DNA of 51,180 nt, filler included, from Basidioascus undulatus (taxonomy: Eukaryota): the NCBI GenBank assembly GCA_000826855.1. It is 3 parts of 3 records of this genome, joined end to end, with 100 filler letters (N's around TTAATTAATTAA, not from the genome) between each part and the next. Parts side by side here need not be neighbours in the genome. Positions count along the whole stretch, not along the records: positions 34,200 to 51,180 come from JTLS01000555.1; 2 more parts are not named here. One strand, 5' to 3'. Numbering within the stretch: the stretch's first letter is position 1; every line of letters starts with the position of its first letter. Shown one piece after another: positions 48,035-51,180 of this stretch. The position numbers were made by a program, and so were the translations under genes. The notes below the pieces were generated by a model. That model saw only the letters and a program-made list of their open reading frames with translations, searched no databases and was not told the origin of the DNA.

Positions 48035-49293
48035 GGAAGATTGGATTGGATTGGATTAGCGGAGGTCGTTGTTCTTTGTTGTGACGGTGTCGATTCCCTC
48101 CATTGCCTCTGATACCCTTGCTCTTGCGATAGTGGATGAACTTGATTGTTGCTCCCCTGTGCGAGGTCGTCGTCGTCGTTCTTGCTGCGATCGTCAGGTG
48201 AGAAATCGTGTCGCTTTCCTTGCTCCCTCCCTCGATGAGCTCCCCACCAGCAGCGATATCGCTACGGACTCACTCCCCACCCCCTCCTCTTCATCTCTTA
48301 CCGACGACTCAACTGACGCTGTCTGCCCAGCGCGACAAGCTGCAGGAAGTTGGTTGGCGTTGTTTTACTGAAACCGTCCAGGGAGGCGTGGAAACGTCGG
48401 GGATGAGGGTCTGATGAGAGAGCTGAGTCGGGCCGGGTATTCGGCCGAGGTTGCAGAGAGCCTCATTACTCGGCTCCCCTTTTGTTTGCTGCGACATGAA
48501 GGCAGAGATGCCTATCAGGCTTACTGACAGCTCGGGAGCGATGGAGGCGACAGGAGCGACGAGGCAACGGGGGCGATAGGCCACTGAGGGTGATGAGATC
48601 ATTTGGGCGTTTACACAACTGGGGTCGAGGTCGGTTGCCTCTCGACGCCTCGCTCGGATAACCTTAATTACCCGCCAAATTTCTCGAACCCCTCTATAGC
48701 CCATTTCGCAAATTGTAAATCTCTTTTTTTCCTATTTGGCTAACTTCCACACATTGAGAAACTGAATTGAAGTCTCGCTTTGGTGTCGACTTGCAAAGCC
48801 TAGCCTTGCGCGAGCTTCTTTTCCGCATGCTACAAAAACAATGCAGGGTTAAGATCATTGCCGTGTATGCACCGGCTATGAAGTACAGCCTCTTCTGTCA
48901 TCAGACGCGCCCCCAAGCGATCTGCCACCAAGTCTACAAGAGAATGCCGAGGCACTTCGTTGAGGTCCGACCTCTCACAGTCCCCAAGCAAGTCCAGTTA
49001 TCCAATACGCAATGCGAAGCGATCCAGTTCCACACTCGCAGTCTTTGACCAACGACCACAAGATGAAGGCACAGTTTGTCCGGAAAGTGCTTCAGATGGT
49101 TGCTTCAGATGGTGAGTGGTGTGAGCTGCGGCAGTCGTTTGGAACGACATTGAGTGCAGCAATAGAAGATGAGGATATATGAGGCGGTCAGTTACGGAAA
49201 GCCCAGATGAAGTGAGGGCTACAAATTGGTATTATAGTTCAGGGTACAGTTTGTCGTATGAAGGTATCAAATTCGCCAGGCGAGGATGCACGC

Positions 49294-49704
49294 TCAGTGC
49301 GACTGGTTGTTGTCGCCGAAGCCAACGGCGTCCTCGCCTTGTTGAGGAGCGAACCCTCCTTCTTGTTCTGGTTTCCCGAGACCTATTCTCCCACACTTTT
49401 CATCAGCCACTGCACATCCGAAGGCGAGAAAGAATAAGAGCGACGCACGGCATCGCCGGGCGTTTAAGTCCCAGACTTCTGCTCTTCGTGCTAGAGTGTT
49501 GCCACAGCAGAGTCGAAGGTGCCCTTGGTTTTGTCGCTAGATATCGCCGGCCTGCTCGCTGCGCGTCTTCTGCGAATCGGGCTTGACCGCAGACTCGGCC
49601 TTGTCGGTGAACTGCGCGACCAAGCTGTGTGGGCGAGAGGGTGACCAGCGCAGGGCAGGGCAAAGGAGAGGAGGCGGAGGGAGAGGATGCCTTCGCACAT
49701 CATA
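49294..49704 (-). pseudogene. Hsp9/Hsp12 family pseudogene
   Basis: LGR../FTDKAESAVKPDSQKTRSEQAGD/KTKGTFDSAVATL*HEEQKSGT*TPGDA/VSGNQNKKEGSLLNKA.DAVGFGDNNQSH*. It has the Hsp12 motif GR.SFTDK....KPDSQKS..EQ..D, two introns, frameshifts and stops at likely Gln codons. Confidence 0.75.
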
Positions 49705-51098
49705 GGAGTGTTGGTAGGCTGGGCGTTATTATGGCATGTGGCAGGAGTGTATGCGGAGTGCAAGTGTGTTGGTATGTGGAACTCTGGCAATTGCAACGCG
49801 TTGTGTTGCACATGTTTCGCCTGACGACGTCATTGGATGATCACACATACCCGATCGGCAGTGGCGCTTTCGCGTGCAATTATGGGCGCCGGCCCGACCA
49901 ACACGCGCTCCATGACATGACCATCTCGGACAACGGCCTGACCCGCCTCATCATCGCCGCCGACGCCTCGACGTGCCGCGGCGACACTGCAAACGCGGAC
50001 CAGCTCAGAGGCAATGGCTGCCTCACCGCACGCGCTGCCAGCGGCTTCAGGTGCTACTCGCTCCACGAGTGAACGGACCAGCAATATGTAGGAAACGGGG
50101 GTGATGGAGGCTTGCCAGGTGGCGCAATTGGGCTCTCAATCTCTATATGGACTTTGCGGCTCCCAGGAACACTGTTGGCCTTCTTCAGCACCGCGGAAGC
50201 TGCCGTCCACGCCAGGCGTGCTGTATCAACCAGGCAACAAGCGGGCATCTGAAGTTTGACAAGAAGACCAAGTCTTATCACTCCAGGGGTCACGGCTGCC
50301 TAACTACTAGCATTCAGATGTTCGGCAACATGATCAACCCCTCGCACTTCATATGGCTTTTTGGCGAATGAAACCAATGTGGGACTTTCTGCTCGTACAG
50401 TTATGCACCACGCGACATGCTACCTGACGTGGACACTGGCCGGAGTTGCGACTGTATGTACACGTCGACGGCCAACTCTTTCGTCTAGAATGACTTCAGA
50501 ACCGCGGGCTTCATGGCAGTTGCTCCTTCACTTCGAACCATTTACGAGTGACTTAAGAAACATCGGGACTTATGCAAGGCCGCATCAGTGACTCACTTCG
50601 CAAGTTCTAAATGATGTCTCGGCTTCGAGGCCCGTCAACTTGCTGCTTTGTCCACCGTTTCTGTGCGCGTGTCGTTCGATTCCAAAACAGACGCCGTGTA
50701 ATCTAGGTAAATTTGGTAGTCATACATGGTGAAGCAACAGTCATATATCGTGAAGCAAGGTTCTCGAGGAACAGCCTCTCGAGGGGTGGCGATGCCTCGC
50801 ATCGTTTGGCAGCGCACATGCAATGCAGCACGCTGCAAAGAGAGCCGCAAGTAAGGTCCACCGCATAGAACAGGGATGAACTGTTTGTAGGCGGACGGCG
50901 GACAGCCTCCAGCCTGGCCGGAGACTCCGGCATGAGGCGGTCTCCGTCCGCAGAGCGCCCTCGATCGCATAAAAGAGGCAACCTGGGCAATCCTCCTTCT
51001 CATCTCGCCCTAACTTCGTGCTCAGACTTTTCTTGCTACATTGCCTCCATCACCAAAGTACATCTCACATCACCCTTCGACATTTGAGCAAACCAGCA

Positions 51099-51180
51099 AT
51101 GCACGCGTTCACGCTCCTTGCGCCCGTCTTCCTCGCCCTCTCCGCCTCTTCCTCGCCCCTACTCAATACGCGGCAGCCGC
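51099..51180 (+). CDS. 5' start of a probable secreted protein (truncated by window end)
   Basis: MHAFTLLAPVFLALSASSSPLLNTRQP is a signal-peptide-like hydrophobic core followed by SP...R, typical of fungal pre-pro sequences. Confidence 0.55.
   Translation, partial: MHAFTLLAPVFLALSASSSPLLNTRQP

Noticed and set aside
48040..48700. Possible small minus-strand gene and a GATTG microsatellite
   Set aside because: No recognisable homology, several equally plausible frames, and the repeat is only about four units.
49830..50371. GC3-rich coding-like stretch (PDQHALHDMTISDNGLTRLIIAADASTC...)
   Set aside because: Interrupted by stops and frame changes and not assignable to a family; possibly another relic.

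Overview
Eukaryotic, intron-dense fungal DNA. The short GT-AG introns with CTRAY branch sites, many micro-exons and the gene content point to a basidiomycete (possibly Pucciniomycotina; inference). The window is three unlinked ~17 kb contigs (1-17005, 17106-34099, 34200-51180) joined by artificial 100-nt N spacers containing TTAATTAATTAA, so the supplied ORF track is largely misleading and genes were rebuilt by hand from splice signals. Contig 1: tRNA-Lys(CTT); 5' parts of an E2-C/Ubc11, an Lsb5-like VHS gene and Sla2, all three breaking off inside low-complexity introns; an NmrA-like gene; a GH105-like pseudogene with an inverted partial copy; an Hpm1/METTL18-type methyltransferase; the 3' part of COG4. 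Contig 2: orphan 3' half of a TAP-like alpha/beta hydrolase; a small CBS-domain gene; a PhyH-like pseudogene; a HET-C gene; RPA49; an F-box/LRR pseudogene; a small Gly-rich ORF; the 3' end of RPN1. Contig 3: at its edge a divergent family-B DNA polymerase exonuclease-like fragment abutting a U1A/U2B''-like RRM exon; an 11.3 kb multi-module DUF3712/Tag1-like gene; a MARVEL-like membrane gene; an Hsp9/12 pseudogene; the start of a secreted protein. The best leads are the PolB-like fragment (possible endogenous virus or self-synthesizing element), the intron-junction chimeras (probably misassembly) and the high density of pseudogenes. I found no complete novel system that the sequence alone can demonstrate. 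Family assignments are from recalled motifs, not database searches.
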